IMG/VR virus record: IMGVR_UViG_3300001679_000053
Span: 38,519-102,518 of that record
Strand: one strand, 5' to 3'
From: a virus
Length of the DNA: 64,000 bases
The translations under genes and the position numbers were made by a program. Shown piece by piece: positions 55,665-64,000 of this stretch (position 1 is its first letter; every line of letters begins with the position of its first letter). The notes below the pieces were generated by a model that saw only the letters and a list, made by a program, of their open reading frames with translations, ran no database searches and had not been told where the DNA came from.

Positions 55665-57627
55665 CTTCTTTCTCCGTTAAAGTTTTGTTACTAGCATCCA
55701 AATCATTCAAAAGGTTTCGGACGGACTCGTTGATTTGGAAAACCTTATCCTCCTCATCCATCTCTCGCTGTTTATAAGTAGAGTGGTCGTATTCATTAAT
55801 ACCTATTCCAATACCAGAGCCATTTTTCAAAGTGCTGATGTCTGTAAGTCCGGGCACTATATTGCGTAGCGTATTGCTACTCTTCTCCTTAGCGTACTTG
55901 GATGCAATAGAGCGAGTTCGGGCGCCAGCATCGCGTCGATCGACCTTTTTGGGATGGTATACCTTTCCTTTAGCACCGGGCGTTAATCGTGGTGCGTTAC
56001 GGGAGCCGGGGGGTACTGCTAGGAGCGCGGACTCATCGCCGCCGCCTTCATCCGCTCCGGCATCACCGGCTGGCATTTCTTCTGGTCCGGCGAGGTCACC
56101 GCCTAAGTCACCGCCTAAGTCGCCGCCAAGGTCGCCACCTAGATCTCCGCCTAGACCACCACCAGCTTCGCCGGCGGCTGCAGCTTCTGCAACCGCTTGG
56201 AGAGCAGCATCGTGTTCTCTATCATAATACATTTCGCGCTGGTTCCGTGTGAACTCTTCATTAGACATCGCAAAAACGTGTTCAGCAACCCAGCGCCGTG
56301 AGAAAAATCCTTCGGTAGCTGAGCCAGCGATATCAAACTTCGTCTTCCAGTGCTCAAGCTCTTGAAGCTCTGCGATTTTGGATGGGTTGTTAAGGCTCAG
56401 ATCAAATCCCAACAGGTCGTCGCCGCGGAATCCGAGGGTATACAGGTGTATGATACTGATCTTAGTTAACTCAGCGATGATAACACGCTGCAACCGCTGT
56501 ACGGTGCGCGAGAAACGAATGTCTTTCTGGGCCAACGTTGTCTTGTCTTCTGCCGCGCCCTCGCCCATTGAAAGATAAGCTTGAGGAATTTTGAGAGCAG
56601 AGAACAGCTTGTCGCGAAGGTATTTGATATCATCAATTTGAGTAATGTTTTGTGCTCCTGCGAGGCTTTCGATTGTTGTCGCAGAGCCGGGTCGAACTGG
56701 TAGAAAGTAGTCTTCTTCAATAGACATGGGGTTATATCGTAAATCAACACGGCCAGTCTTATTATCAATAACAGAGTGGCGCTTGAGGTTCGACACAACC
56801 TTTTGCATGTATTGTTCCACATCCTGTGGGGGGATGGCTCCCACGTCAATCTTAAAGACTCGCCGCTCAGAAGAACGCACCACACGATAAGCCATCATGG
56901 CGTCCTCCATAAGAGTGAGTTGGCGCCAGATGCGGCGGGCGGGCTCAAGGATTGAGGTTCCATAGGGAGCGTACTTATCATTTCCAAGAATTCTAAAGTG
57001 TGCCACCTGCCAGTTTTCGAAGGTCATGCCGCCTGAGTTCCACTGGTATTGAACGTAATTTGGGTTTGTGGAGTCTAAGCCTTCGAGCCTTTCGATCTCA
57101 TTCGACGGAAGGGCAATAACAGATTGGACACCATATTTTTCATCAATGTCCAGATAAAGAAAGAAGTCCCCGTATTTGCACATGGTGCGGGCCCAACCAA
57201 AAAGATTGTATTTAAGGTTAAGGATGTTATCAAATAAAATAGCTAGGACAGCTTTAATCTCTTCATTCGGGCACTTGATCTTTAACATCGGACGCAAATC
57301 CGAATAGGTAGTCATCTCGTCGGCATATATGTCCATTGAGGACGCAATCTCTGGTGTGTATTCCATCTGATCAAAGTCCACATAGCGCTCTGCGCGTGCT
57401 TGATTTTGCATCGCGTTGGTAGCAATGATATCTAAAGGGTTATACAGTGTCTTCTTAAACTGCTGACCAGAAGCCGTCTGGAAGCGTGAAGAGAACTTAT
57501 CCAAATGTTGGCGTCGGATTCTTCTTCCCGACTGAGATCTGTAACTAATGATCGGTCCGGAGAATAATCTCGTTAAAGCTTTGAATAAGCTATTTTGTTT
57601 ATTTGCTGGGTTGTTGTCTAAGGGCAT
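55636..57627 (-). CDS. portal protein (T4 gp20-like)
   Basis: PEIA..DIYADE, L.LMEDA...YR..R..ERRVFKIDVG, EDYFLP.R, ALKIP. Confidence 0.95.
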   Translation of the reverse strand: MPLDNNPANKQNSLFKALTRLFSGPIISYRSQSGRRIRRQHLDKFSSRFQTASGQQFKKTLYNPLDIIATNAMQNQARAERYVDFDQMEYTPEIASSMDIYADEMTTYSDLRPMLKIKCPNEEIKAVLAILFDNILNLKYNLFGWARTMCKYGDFFLYLDIDEKYGVQSVIALPSNEIERLEGLDSTNPNYVQYQWNSGGMTFENWQVAHFRILGNDKYAPYGTSILEPARRIWRQLTLMEDAMMAYRVVRSSERRVFKIDVGAIPPQDVEQYMQKVVSNLKRHSVIDNKTGRVDLRYNPMSIEEDYFLPVRPGSATTIESLAGAQNITQIDDIKYLRDKLFSALKIPQAYLSMGEGAAEDKTTLAQKDIRFSRTVQRLQRVIIAELTKISIIHLYTLGFRGDDLLGFDLSLNNPSKIAELQELEHWKTKFDIAGSATEGFFSRRWVAEHVFAMSNEEFTRNQREMYYDREHDAALQAVAEAAAAGEAGGGLGGDLGGDLGGDLGGDLGGDLAGPEEMPAGDAGADEGGGDESALLAVPPGSRNAPRLTPGAKGKVYHPKKVDRRDAGARTRSIASKYAKEKSSNTLRNIVPGLTDISTLKNGSGIGIGINEYDHSTYKQREMDEEDKVFQINESVRNLLNDLDASNKTLTEKEDEDKTQQKA
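56092..56163. repeat. 12-bp tandem coding repeat (GGDL)n in portal C-terminus
   Basis: GGGLGGDLGGDLGGDLGGDLGGDLA. Confidence 0.85.
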
Positions 57628-57635
57628 TTATTTTC

Positions 57636-59222
57636 TCACTTTATAATCCATTTATATTGACTATATAAATCTTCTGCTTGATTCATTTTATCAAAGATGC
57701 TATCTTTTTTATAGCCATCTTGTCCTTTAATTTGAGTATTCATACTAGTTTTTGTGGTATATATCGCATCCACAAAGGCTTTTTGATAGTTTAACTCTCT
57801 AGCATTTGACTGTAAGGCCGTGTCTCTGACCCAACACGCAATCGCTAAAGCCATGATAAGGTCATCATGGTAGCCTTTCATTGCTTGCGGCTTACCGTTC
57901 CTCCAAATAAAAGTTTTCATTTCGTTAAGAGTACGAGATGAATATACCTTAATTAGTTTGTTTCTGATGAATTCTTCTAGTTTTGCAACAATCAATGGGC
58001 GCGTTTTCATTGTTGTGGAGAATCCGGGGACTGCGCTGTTTATAACTTCTGCTTGATACTGCTCTATATATTCGTGCGTAGATTTAACTGAATGATAAAC
58101 ATTCGGGTATCGATGATCATTGATGAGCTTATCCAAAACTGAATACCCAATATTGTTGTTTTCCACTACAAGCATGCAATTACCAAATTCTCTTCCCACT
58201 TGGTTCAGCAAGTTAGCATACATATCTAATGTTGGTTTTCCTTGGTATTCTCCCACTATTTCTAGCGTCTCAAGCTTGACAATGTGAAAAGTTGAAAAGT
58301 CGGCGCCGTCGCCGCGGGCCACATCAGCAACCATTAAATAATTGCACGTAGGATCAAATTCCTCCCAGATCCAGAAGTTACGGTCAAATCCGGTTCGGTA
58401 CTTCGGCTCTTTTATGTTAGAGGCTAACCATTCCATACACCCTGAATCTATAACTGTCTCGCCGGATGTGTTGAAGTTGCATGCTAACTCTTGTGCAATT
58501 TGTCGTTTAGACATATTTCTGGTTTCTTTATCATACCAAATTTTATCTCTATCCGGGTGGACGTCCCACGCTAACGTGGTTAGGTTAAAATTGTTAGCAC
58601 CAGCTTCCGCGTCGACGCAAGCTTTGTGGAACCAGTTACCGACACCGTTCGGAGTAGAGAGCGCGATGCATCGACCACCCGTTGACAGCGTGGGATATAA
58701 GCCAGTCCATAATTCTTCGAGCCCTTCAATATGTGCGGCCTCGTCGAGTACTAAGAGAGACAATGCTTCAGAACGACCAGCATCACCAGATGTGGATGTG
58801 GCTTTTATCGAAGAACCATTCGAAAGTTCAAAAGAGGTGCGGTTATCCACACTGATAGTGGCTATCTTCATCCAGTCGGGAAGGTTACGCATAATGTTCT
58901 TAACTTTTTTGACCAAGTTTCCAGCCGTTGCAAACTTAGTTGCCATAACCAAGATTGCTTTATCGCGATGGAATAGCATAAGCCAGACAACATACCCAGC
59001 CGTTATCGTGGAGATTCCAAGTTGGCGCGCTTTCAAGATAACGTTAAACCTATAATCATTAAAGTCTTTTAACAGTTCATCTTGAAAGTCATAGGTATCA
59101 AAAAGAATTAACCCATGCATCGGGTGAGATATTCTGGCATAGGTTTTAAGAAAATATGAGGGCTCTTTACCGCACTTTAATATTTCTTTGACTCTTTGCT
59201 TTTTGTCTAATTGGAAGCTCAT
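57636..59222 (-). CDS. terminase large subunit (T4 gp17-like)
   Basis: KARQLGIST, LLVLDEAA, LSTPNG, ADVARG, VENN, HDDL. Confidence 0.95.
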   Translation of the reverse strand: MSFQLDKKQRVKEILKCGKEPSYFLKTYARISHPMHGLILFDTYDFQDELLKDFNDYRFNVILKARQLGISTITAGYVVWLMLFHRDKAILVMATKFATAGNLVKKVKNIMRNLPDWMKIATISVDNRTSFELSNGSSIKATSTSGDAGRSEALSLLVLDEAAHIEGLEELWTGLYPTLSTGGRCIALSTPNGVGNWFHKACVDAEAGANNFNLTTLAWDVHPDRDKIWYDKETRNMSKRQIAQELACNFNTSGETVIDSGCMEWLASNIKEPKYRTGFDRNFWIWEEFDPTCNYLMVADVARGDGADFSTFHIVKLETLEIVGEYQGKPTLDMYANLLNQVGREFGNCMLVVENNNIGYSVLDKLINDHRYPNVYHSVKSTHEYIEQYQAEVINSAVPGFSTTMKTRPLIVAKLEEFIRNKLIKVYSSRTLNEMKTFIWRNGKPQAMKGYHDDLIMALAIACWVRDTALQSNARELNYQKAFVDAIYTTKTSMNTQIKGQDGYKKDSIFDKMNQAEDLYSQYKWIIK

Positions 59223-59899
59223 ACATCTTTCATGGCCGCTAATACCTCTTCTCTATTGGTGAGGTCTCCTTCGCCATCAAGCACAATCATTTCTTCAAGT
59301 CCATCTTTCCAAGCTTGATCAACTATCTGCGCATCAGACATCTTGCTAAATCCGTGAGGATCTCGTGTATCATACATTTCATAATCGTGGTAGTCGTCGA
59401 GGGCTTCGCGAATAAGTTCCATTAAATTTTCTAATTGGAAGCCAGCAACTGGTCGACCTTCAGCACCGGGGGAATAGAGGGTCTCTTCGTCTGGGTAATC
59501 TTCGTCGCCGGGCCTAGATAATTCAACACCAGGAATCTTTTCAAAAACTGTTTGAAAAAGTTCCGCTACTGATTCTGGATCCATGCCTTGGATTAAAGCA
59601 GTTAGTTGGTCCTCGGCGCCGGGCCCGGAGTCATTCTGGAACCCTTGGTATTCGCTCTCTGGAGCGTCGTCACTTGGGACGTCCATCGGGTAAGTATTGC
59701 TTGACGTCGCGTCGTCAGTCCCTGGGACTTCCGGTGGAGCCGGGACCGTATCATCGTCCTGGCCGGCCCATTCTGGCTTCTCTCCACCCTGAACCCATGC
59801 AAGTAGATCGTCCACCTTGTCTTCTGTTATAACTATGCCTTCTTCTGCGGCATACTCTTCTATAATGAGGCGATATAGTTCGGCGCGGGAGACATCCAT
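59219..59899 (-). CDS. acidic hypothetical head-module protein
   Basis: MDVSRAELYRLIIEE leader; internal LMELIREAL. Confidence 0.6.
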   Translation of the reverse strand: MDVSRAELYRLIIEEYAAEEGIVITEDKVDDLLAWVQGGEKPEWAGQDDDTVPAPPEVPGTDDATSSNTYPMDVPSDDAPESEYQGFQNDSGPGAEDQLTALIQGMDPESVAELFQTVFEKIPGVELSRPGDEDYPDEETLYSPGAEGRPVAGFQLENLMELIREALDDYHDYEMYDTRDPHGFSKMSDAQIVDQAWKDGLEEMIVLDGEGDLTNREEVLAAMKDV

Positions 59900-59904
59900 T
59901 GGTT

Positions 59905-60456
59905 TTACTTTCCTGAATTCTTAGGTCGAGTATCGTTGGATGGGCGCGGTCCATCCCAGCCGCCTTGATCAAGGAAAGTTTTCCAGCCCTCTTCAACGGT
60001 GTTAACAGAGCCGCTGTTGTCGTCGCTCATGTCAGAGGACAGCCCCCCAACCTTGTAATGCATCTTGGCTGTAACCCAAGAGCGAACTCGTGAAGAATTT
60101 TCAACACGCACATCGATCTCCCCCTCTTCGGTGAGAGCGACTGTGCGGCCTGTGATCTTCTTGTATTCTTTCTTGAGGAATCCTGCGATGTCTGCTACAC
60201 GTTGTGAAATTTCGTCTTCAAATCCTTGTGCGTAAACCTCTTTAAGTCTAATCTCAGACTGGTATCCAAGACACATCATGTCTCCGTAAAACTTTACATT
60301 GAAACCATCCATGACTCTTTGATCAATAAGGGCATCGCCCTCTTCACGGCGTAGAACGCCAGTCTTTGTGGTGGACTGGTCTTCACCAAGTGCCCCATCA
60401 TATGCATTTGCGGCGGCTTGGGAAAGCCCCTGTACTATTTCGTAAACTGTTGCCAT
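59905..60456 (-). CDS. hypothetical protein
   Basis: 183-aa ORF, TAATG overlap, GGAG RBS. Confidence 0.65.
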   Translation of the reverse strand: MATVYEIVQGLSQAAANAYDGALGEDQSTTKTGVLRREEGDALIDQRVMDGFNVKFYGDMMCLGYQSEIRLKEVYAQGFEDEISQRVADIAGFLKKEYKKITGRTVALTEEGEIDVRVENSSRVRSWVTAKMHYKVGGLSSDMSDDNSGSVNTVEEGWKTFLDQGGWDGPRPSNDTRPKNSGK

Positions 60457-60785
60457 TATTGTGCTTCTCCTTGTTGTGGTTGCTCTATTGATTTAGCAGC
60501 TTGCTGTTGTAAAAGTTTAAGTACCCTCTGTAAAAGGGGTCTGAATTTTGTTAGATCAACTCCCGGCTTTGCAGCCATGTCTGAGATGAACTTCTCTAGT
60601 TGATCGATGATATTTCTTTCTTGATTTGTGAATTCTTCTGCGCCGCCGGAGATGCGGTCTCGGGCGCCCTTAATTCTTGCGCCGGTGGACATAGAGCCGG
60701 CTTTAATCTTAGTGGGATCTTGCTCAACTTCTTCATTAATTACTTGACGAATCATTTCTTTAAGTGTTTCTTTATTTATTTTCAC
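60456..60785 (-). CDS. hypothetical protein with amphipathic leader
   Basis: MKINKETLKEMIRQVINEE. Confidence 0.6.
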   Translation of the reverse strand: MKINKETLKEMIRQVINEEVEQDPTKIKAGSMSTGARIKGARDRISGGAEEFTNQERNIIDQLEKFISDMAAKPGVDLTKFRPLLQRVLKLLQQQAAKSIEQPQQGEAQ

Positions 60786-61167
60786 TTGGTCTCCATCCCT
60801 CTTTCCATCTATCCTCTCTTCCTTCTACATATTGAATGTAACATCTATTGCAGCAATCAAATTTTAGAAGACAAACATCATCCATCGATTTCTTTGGGAA
60901 TTTCCCGCAGACAGGACATGTTCTTAGAGATTCTCTATTAAGTAGTTTTTTTGTAGCCTTTATGCCATTAACGTTTATTTTATCTTGCCACTTTTCCTTT
61001 AGGCTTTTAGCTTTATAAAAATCCTTCATCTGCTCAATATAATCTTTTTCCTTTTCTTTATCCCATTGGCTGCGTGGGTTTTGGATTGTCTCTTTTCCAT
61101 ATTTTTGAGAAATTGCTTTCTCAAACGCCGCGATCCGATCCAGTTCTTTCGTATTTTTATCTTTCAT
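60772..61167 (-). CDS. hypothetical Zn-finger protein
   Basis: CPVC...CCNRC; GRE.RW..GWRP. Confidence 0.6.
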   Translation of the reverse strand: MKDKNTKELDRIAAFEKAISQKYGKETIQNPRSQWDKEKEKDYIEQMKDFYKAKSLKEKWQDKINVNGIKATKKLLNRESLRTCPVCGKFPKKSMDDVCLLKFDCCNRCYIQYVEGREDRWKEGWRPSENK

Positions 61168-61579
61168 TTATCGCCCTATATGCGCCATATGAGCCCGCAG
61201 TACCAATGAGGATCCCACCAGCAAAATATAACCATTTGTGACGGGGTGAAGTTTTTTTTAATGAATCTGCGAGTATATTAATTTCTTTATCTTTCTGCAT
61301 TATAAACAAATCATATTCATCTGTTAAGGCTTTATGCTCAATTCTTAGATCTTCTAACTTAAACTCATACTTTTCCTTTTGAATCTTCAGTTGGTAATCA
61401 GTCTTTATGTCGTAAGCATACATGGCAAGATCATAATCTGCCAACATCTTTGCCATGGCTTTCTCATCGAAGAGAACGCCGGCAAATGGTGCGGGCGCTT
61501 TATACTCCAATATGGAAAATTTGGCGGGCTCAGTTGCATTCGCCGAAAGGCTCAACATCAAAAGAAGATTAAGGAACAT
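61157..61579 (-). CDS. exported coiled-coil protein, spanin partner-like
   Basis: signal peptide MFLNLLLMLSLSANA, coiled coil, C-terminal TM helix; overlaps i-spanin-like gene. Confidence 0.5.
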   Translation of the reverse strand: MFLNLLLMLSLSANATEPAKFSILEYKAPAPFAGVLFDEKAMAKMLADYDLAMYAYDIKTDYQLKIQKEKYEFKLEDLRIEHKALTDEYDLFIMQKDKEINILADSLKKTSPRHKWLYFAGGILIGTAGSYGAYRAINER

Positions 61580-61952
61580 ATTCAATACCAAACTTTGTCT
61601 CTATATCTTTAATTAGTGCCTGCTTATCATGTCTGAATTTTCTTTTATATTCATTATTCTTTTTCTCTCGAAGCACATCGAGTTCTTCTTGGGCCTTCTC
61701 ATACTCTTCTTCGATTGCTGCAATTGACTCTAAGAAGCTTTCCATCAACAACTGCTTCTCTTCTATTTCTCGCTTGTGTATTTCTTTTAAGCCTTCGATT
61801 TGTGCCTCATGAGATTCTATTTGGGTTTCGTACGCAGTTTGCATGAGCTTATAGTCGCGGCTATTCTTCAGGGCTATAACGGCTAAAAGCAACACTATTA
61901 GTATTGCTTTCCAGTTCTTCAGAGCAAATTCTAATATCTTCTGCTTAATCAT
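61569..61952 (-). CDS. i-spanin-like protein
   Basis: single N-terminal TM (ILIVLLLAVIAL) plus long coiled coil; follows holin. Confidence 0.55.
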   Translation of the reverse strand: MIKQKILEFALKNWKAILIVLLLAVIALKNSRDYKLMQTAYETQIESHEAQIEGLKEIHKREIEEKQLLMESFLESIAAIEEEYEKAQEELDVLREKKNNEYKRKFRHDKQALIKDIETKFGIEYVP

Positions 61953-62145
61953 TATATCCTTTTAGTCTAGCGATGCCATCAATAATTGTTTGGCCTCCAA
62001 TATAAATTGCTGAAATGATTACCCAGTCCTCGCTAGTGACATGTCCTGTAAATGTTAGCCCCGTGGCTGTAAGCCAGACCATCAACTTACGAGAGGTAAG
62101 CTTTGCTAGCCATGTATCCACAAATGCTTTTGTTGTTGCCATCAT
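61945..62145 (-). CDS. holin-like small membrane protein
   Basis: 66 aa, KLTSRKL then two TM segments, YIGGQ..ID; dual Met start. Confidence 0.6.
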   Translation of the reverse strand: MMATTKAFVDTWLAKLTSRKLMVWLTATGLTFTGHVTSEDWVIISAIYIGGQTIIDGIARLKGYND

Positions 62146-62189
62146 TTATCACTCCAATGTTGGGTCCGACCGGACTCCTCTTTCTCTGG

Positions 62190-62384
62190 TCAACCATCTT
62201 CTTCTATTTTTGAGGTGCACATCTCTTCTGCTTCATCTGCTGAGAGACTATCGGCACGTTCACTTGCGGGTTTATCTTTTTGTGCACAGGCCCAACGGCG
62301 CTGTTTTTCAGAGGATACTTCATCTAATACCGTCTTAAGCTCTTCTTTGATGATCTGCTTAAGTTGGGATTTGGTGATTTTCAT
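62190..62384 (-). CDS. small protein with MKITKSQLKQIIKEE leader
   Basis: ATGA overlap at 62381-62384; SEKQRRWAC. Confidence 0.6.
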   Translation of the reverse strand: MKITKSQLKQIIKEELKTVLDEVSSEKQRRWACAQKDKPASERADSLSADEAEEMCTSKIEEDG

Positions 62385-62908
62385 CTTCCCTTCCACCATT
62401 TTGTCTTTTTCTTCTCGGGTGCACACTTAGTTCCTGCGGGACACCACTTATATATATTGGAGAGATAGCCGCTAAGTTCTTCTTTGATGATCTCTGTAAG
62501 CTGAGCTTTGCTCATTCTTCCTTCCTTAACAGCTTGGGAGCCACCGGTTAGCTGAGCAAGCTCTTGAGGGGTGAAAGTCTTTGCTCTACATTCGGTTTCG
62601 CTACACAGGGTTCCAAATCCGGATTCCGTATCTACGTTCCATGTATCACCATTGGCGTCGGTAACCTTAACTTTCCCAGATTCCTCGGCTTGCTGGGAGG
62701 ACGGGGTGGTGCGCCAGTCATCGAAGGAGTCGCCGGCATGAGCAGTTGCGGGTGCACCGACACCGGCTAACGTACCAGCGAGTGCGGCGCGTGCGCCCCA
62801 CTTCTTAAGGGCTCTCGGAAGAATCTCTTCGATTTGCTGCTCAGTTAGTTCAAGTCCTTCCAATTCTTCTCGGATGATTTGTTTAAGTTGGGACTTGGTG
62901 ATTTTCAT
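62381..62908 (-). CDS. protein with MKITKSQLKQIIREE leader and internal signal-peptide-like segment
   Basis: leader, then KKWGARAALAGTLAGVGAPATAHA; second leader-like copy MSKAQLTEIIKEE. Confidence 0.6.
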   Translation of the reverse strand: MKITKSQLKQIIREELEGLELTEQQIEEILPRALKKWGARAALAGTLAGVGAPATAHAGDSFDDWRTTPSSQQAEESGKVKVTDANGDTWNVDTESGFGTLCSETECRAKTFTPQELAQLTGGSQAVKEGRMSKAQLTEIIKEELSGYLSNIYKWCPAGTKCAPEKKKTKWWKGR

Positions 62909-62909
62909 T

Positions 62910-63197
62910 TTAGAGTTTTCCTGCCATCTTAGCTGCGACTACGGAGTGGGCGGCTTTGAAATCGGTGATGGATTCACGGATGCTCTCTTCATTGCACGGT
63001 CCGGCGTACCATTCTTCGAAAAGCTCTAAGCCATTAACCTTCTTAACATGCTTTGATACACCCGCTTCTCGCAATACACGCAGAAAGATCTCTGCGCAGC
63101 ATCCATCTTCTTCCTCTACAATCACAGCCGTAACTGTAGCCGGGGTTGTCGTGGTGTTGCCACTTATCCATCCTGTTATTGTATTCCATAAACTCAT
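62910..63197 (-). CDS. hypothetical protein
   Basis: AAGGA RBS; operon packing. Confidence 0.5.
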   Translation of the reverse strand: MSLWNTITGWISGNTTTTPATVTAVIVEEEDGCCAEIFLRVLREAGVSKHVKKVNGLELFEEWYAGPCNEESIRESITDFKAAHSVVAAKMAGKL

Positions 63198-63210
63198 TTC
63201 ATTATTCCTT

Positions 63211-63510
63211 TTATTTCCTTACGAGATATTTGAGATCTTCTTCAATCCGACGCAACATGCCCATTTGCTCGTTTGCGTTGGCCGCGTTGATCATGTCCAG
63301 AATACGAGCCCAAACAGTCGGAAAATCGGTGTTTGGATCCACTTCGGCTGCTCCGGGAGCGGCATGCTCTGGCCCGGGCAGCTGCTCCGGGTCAGTATAG
63401 CCCAGTCTTCTTTGGTAGTCGGTCACCTCTTCTTCAATCTCATCTCTGTTTGTCGTCTCGTGTAAAAAATACCGAGGGTCAATTCTCTTCTTGTTTTTTC
63501 TTATAGCCAT
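63211..63510 (-). CDS. hypothetical protein
   Basis: AAGGA RBS; KRIDPRYFLHE start. Confidence 0.55.
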   Translation of the reverse strand: MAIRKNKKRIDPRYFLHETTNRDEIEEEVTDYQRRLGYTDPEQLPGPEHAAPGAAEVDPNTDFPTVWARILDMINAANANEQMGMLRRIEEDLKYLVRK

Positions 63511-63523
63511 TATATTATTCCTT

Positions 63524-64000
63524 TCATGTTGCTAATCCATTCATACTTAGTATCGCAATCAATCCGGGCACATTCTTTCGGACGTAAACGCCCGAGAAAA
63601 GTGTCTCGCATCGGCCGCCGACATAAGCGATTGCCGACTCAATGTTTTTACTGATCTTTGGATCAGCCACCATCTCTTCCGACACAACCAGAATGAGCGA
63701 ACCTGCGGCGGCCTTACCTTTCGGTGGAGGACATGCAGAACGATTCATGCAGTTATGAAGGATCACCGATCCAAGCTTTCCAGTATTTGGATCCTTTATC
63801 ATAGTTGAGCCCATAAAGGCTCGTCCATCATTGCCCAAGCATGTTTCCAAATCCTTGCTATCGAAAGATTGGATCGGTGAATCCTCGGTGGAGAGTTTTA
63901 AAACTTGAGCTAATGATTTAGCAAATTGTGTGTTGGCGACAGGATACATGCCAAGCATGCCGATTCTGCCGCGGAGTAAGCGTGTTGCTCGTTCGTTGTC
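63524..64000 (-). CDS. tubulin/FtsZ-family (PhuZ/TubZ-like) protein, 3' part
   Basis: frame open to window edge: DNERATRLL...ANTQFA...IQSFDSKDLETCL..G.AFMG, i.e. DNE and T7-loop DxxD motifs; ends ILSMNGL. Confidence 0.7.
   Translation of the reverse strand, partial: DNERATRLLRGRIGMLGMYPVANTQFAKSLAQVLKLSTEDSPIQSFDSKDLETCLGNDGRAFMGSTMIKDPNTGKLGSVILHNCMNRSACPPPKGKAAAGSLILVVSEEMVADPKISKNIESAIAYVGGRCETLFSGVYVRKNVPGLIAILSMNGLAT

Noticed and set aside
36223-62426. ORF-track start positions 37164, 43092, 47234, 50217, 50931, 52900, 61591 and 62426
   Set aside because: Downstream starts fit RBS position, gene overlaps and family N-termini better; coordinates were corrected in the features.
1-64000. 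Stop-codon reassignment
   Set aside because: Core genes are full length and densely packed under code 11; TAA, TAG and TGA all end genes.
63524-64000. Nucleus-forming (chimallin) phage inferred from tubulin
   Set aside because: No chimallin or phage multisubunit RNAP recognised here; head and tail genes are T4-like and early promoters are host sigma70-type.

Overview
This 64-kb window is a segment of a large, apparently lytic T4-like myovirus (Caudoviricetes) genome. Every credible gene lies on the minus strand and uses the standard genetic code. Positions 1-22.2 kb hold replication and nucleotide-metabolism genes driven by near-consensus sigma70 promoters: an IMPDH/GMP-reductase fragment, thioredoxin, two adenine MTases, dUTPase, DnaE, class II RNR, helicase, 5'-3' nuclease, RecA/UvsX, gp32-like SSB, a minimal PolA and a degenerate tubulin/FtsZ-like protein. 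The same region also carries J-domain, ClpP and GroES proteins, an amidase endolysin and a matrixin. Positions 22.2-64 kb hold the morphogenesis genes: baseplate, tape measure, tail chaperones, tube, sheath, neck, major capsid, scaffold, a paralogous fibre cluster, Smr, ribosomal protein bS21, prohead protease, portal, terminase, a holin/spanin-like cassette and a second tubulin/FtsZ gene cut by the window edge. The most interesting candidate system is a set of head-module proteins sharing an N-terminal amphipathic leader (MKITKSQLKQIIKEE / ENWxxFxxEE type) or the scaffold's C-terminal PLQE..R...AGI motif. These look like capsid-targeted, protease-matured cargo; one hides a Sec-type signal peptide behind its leader, and another carries a eukaryote-like WW domain plus a pre-toxin-like segment. 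Other signals are a non-T4 late-promoter motif (CTANTTA), [ST][GA]S enrichment in virion proteins, and apparent over-representation of GCCGGC/GGCGCC. All assignments come from motif recognition by eye; no database searches were run.
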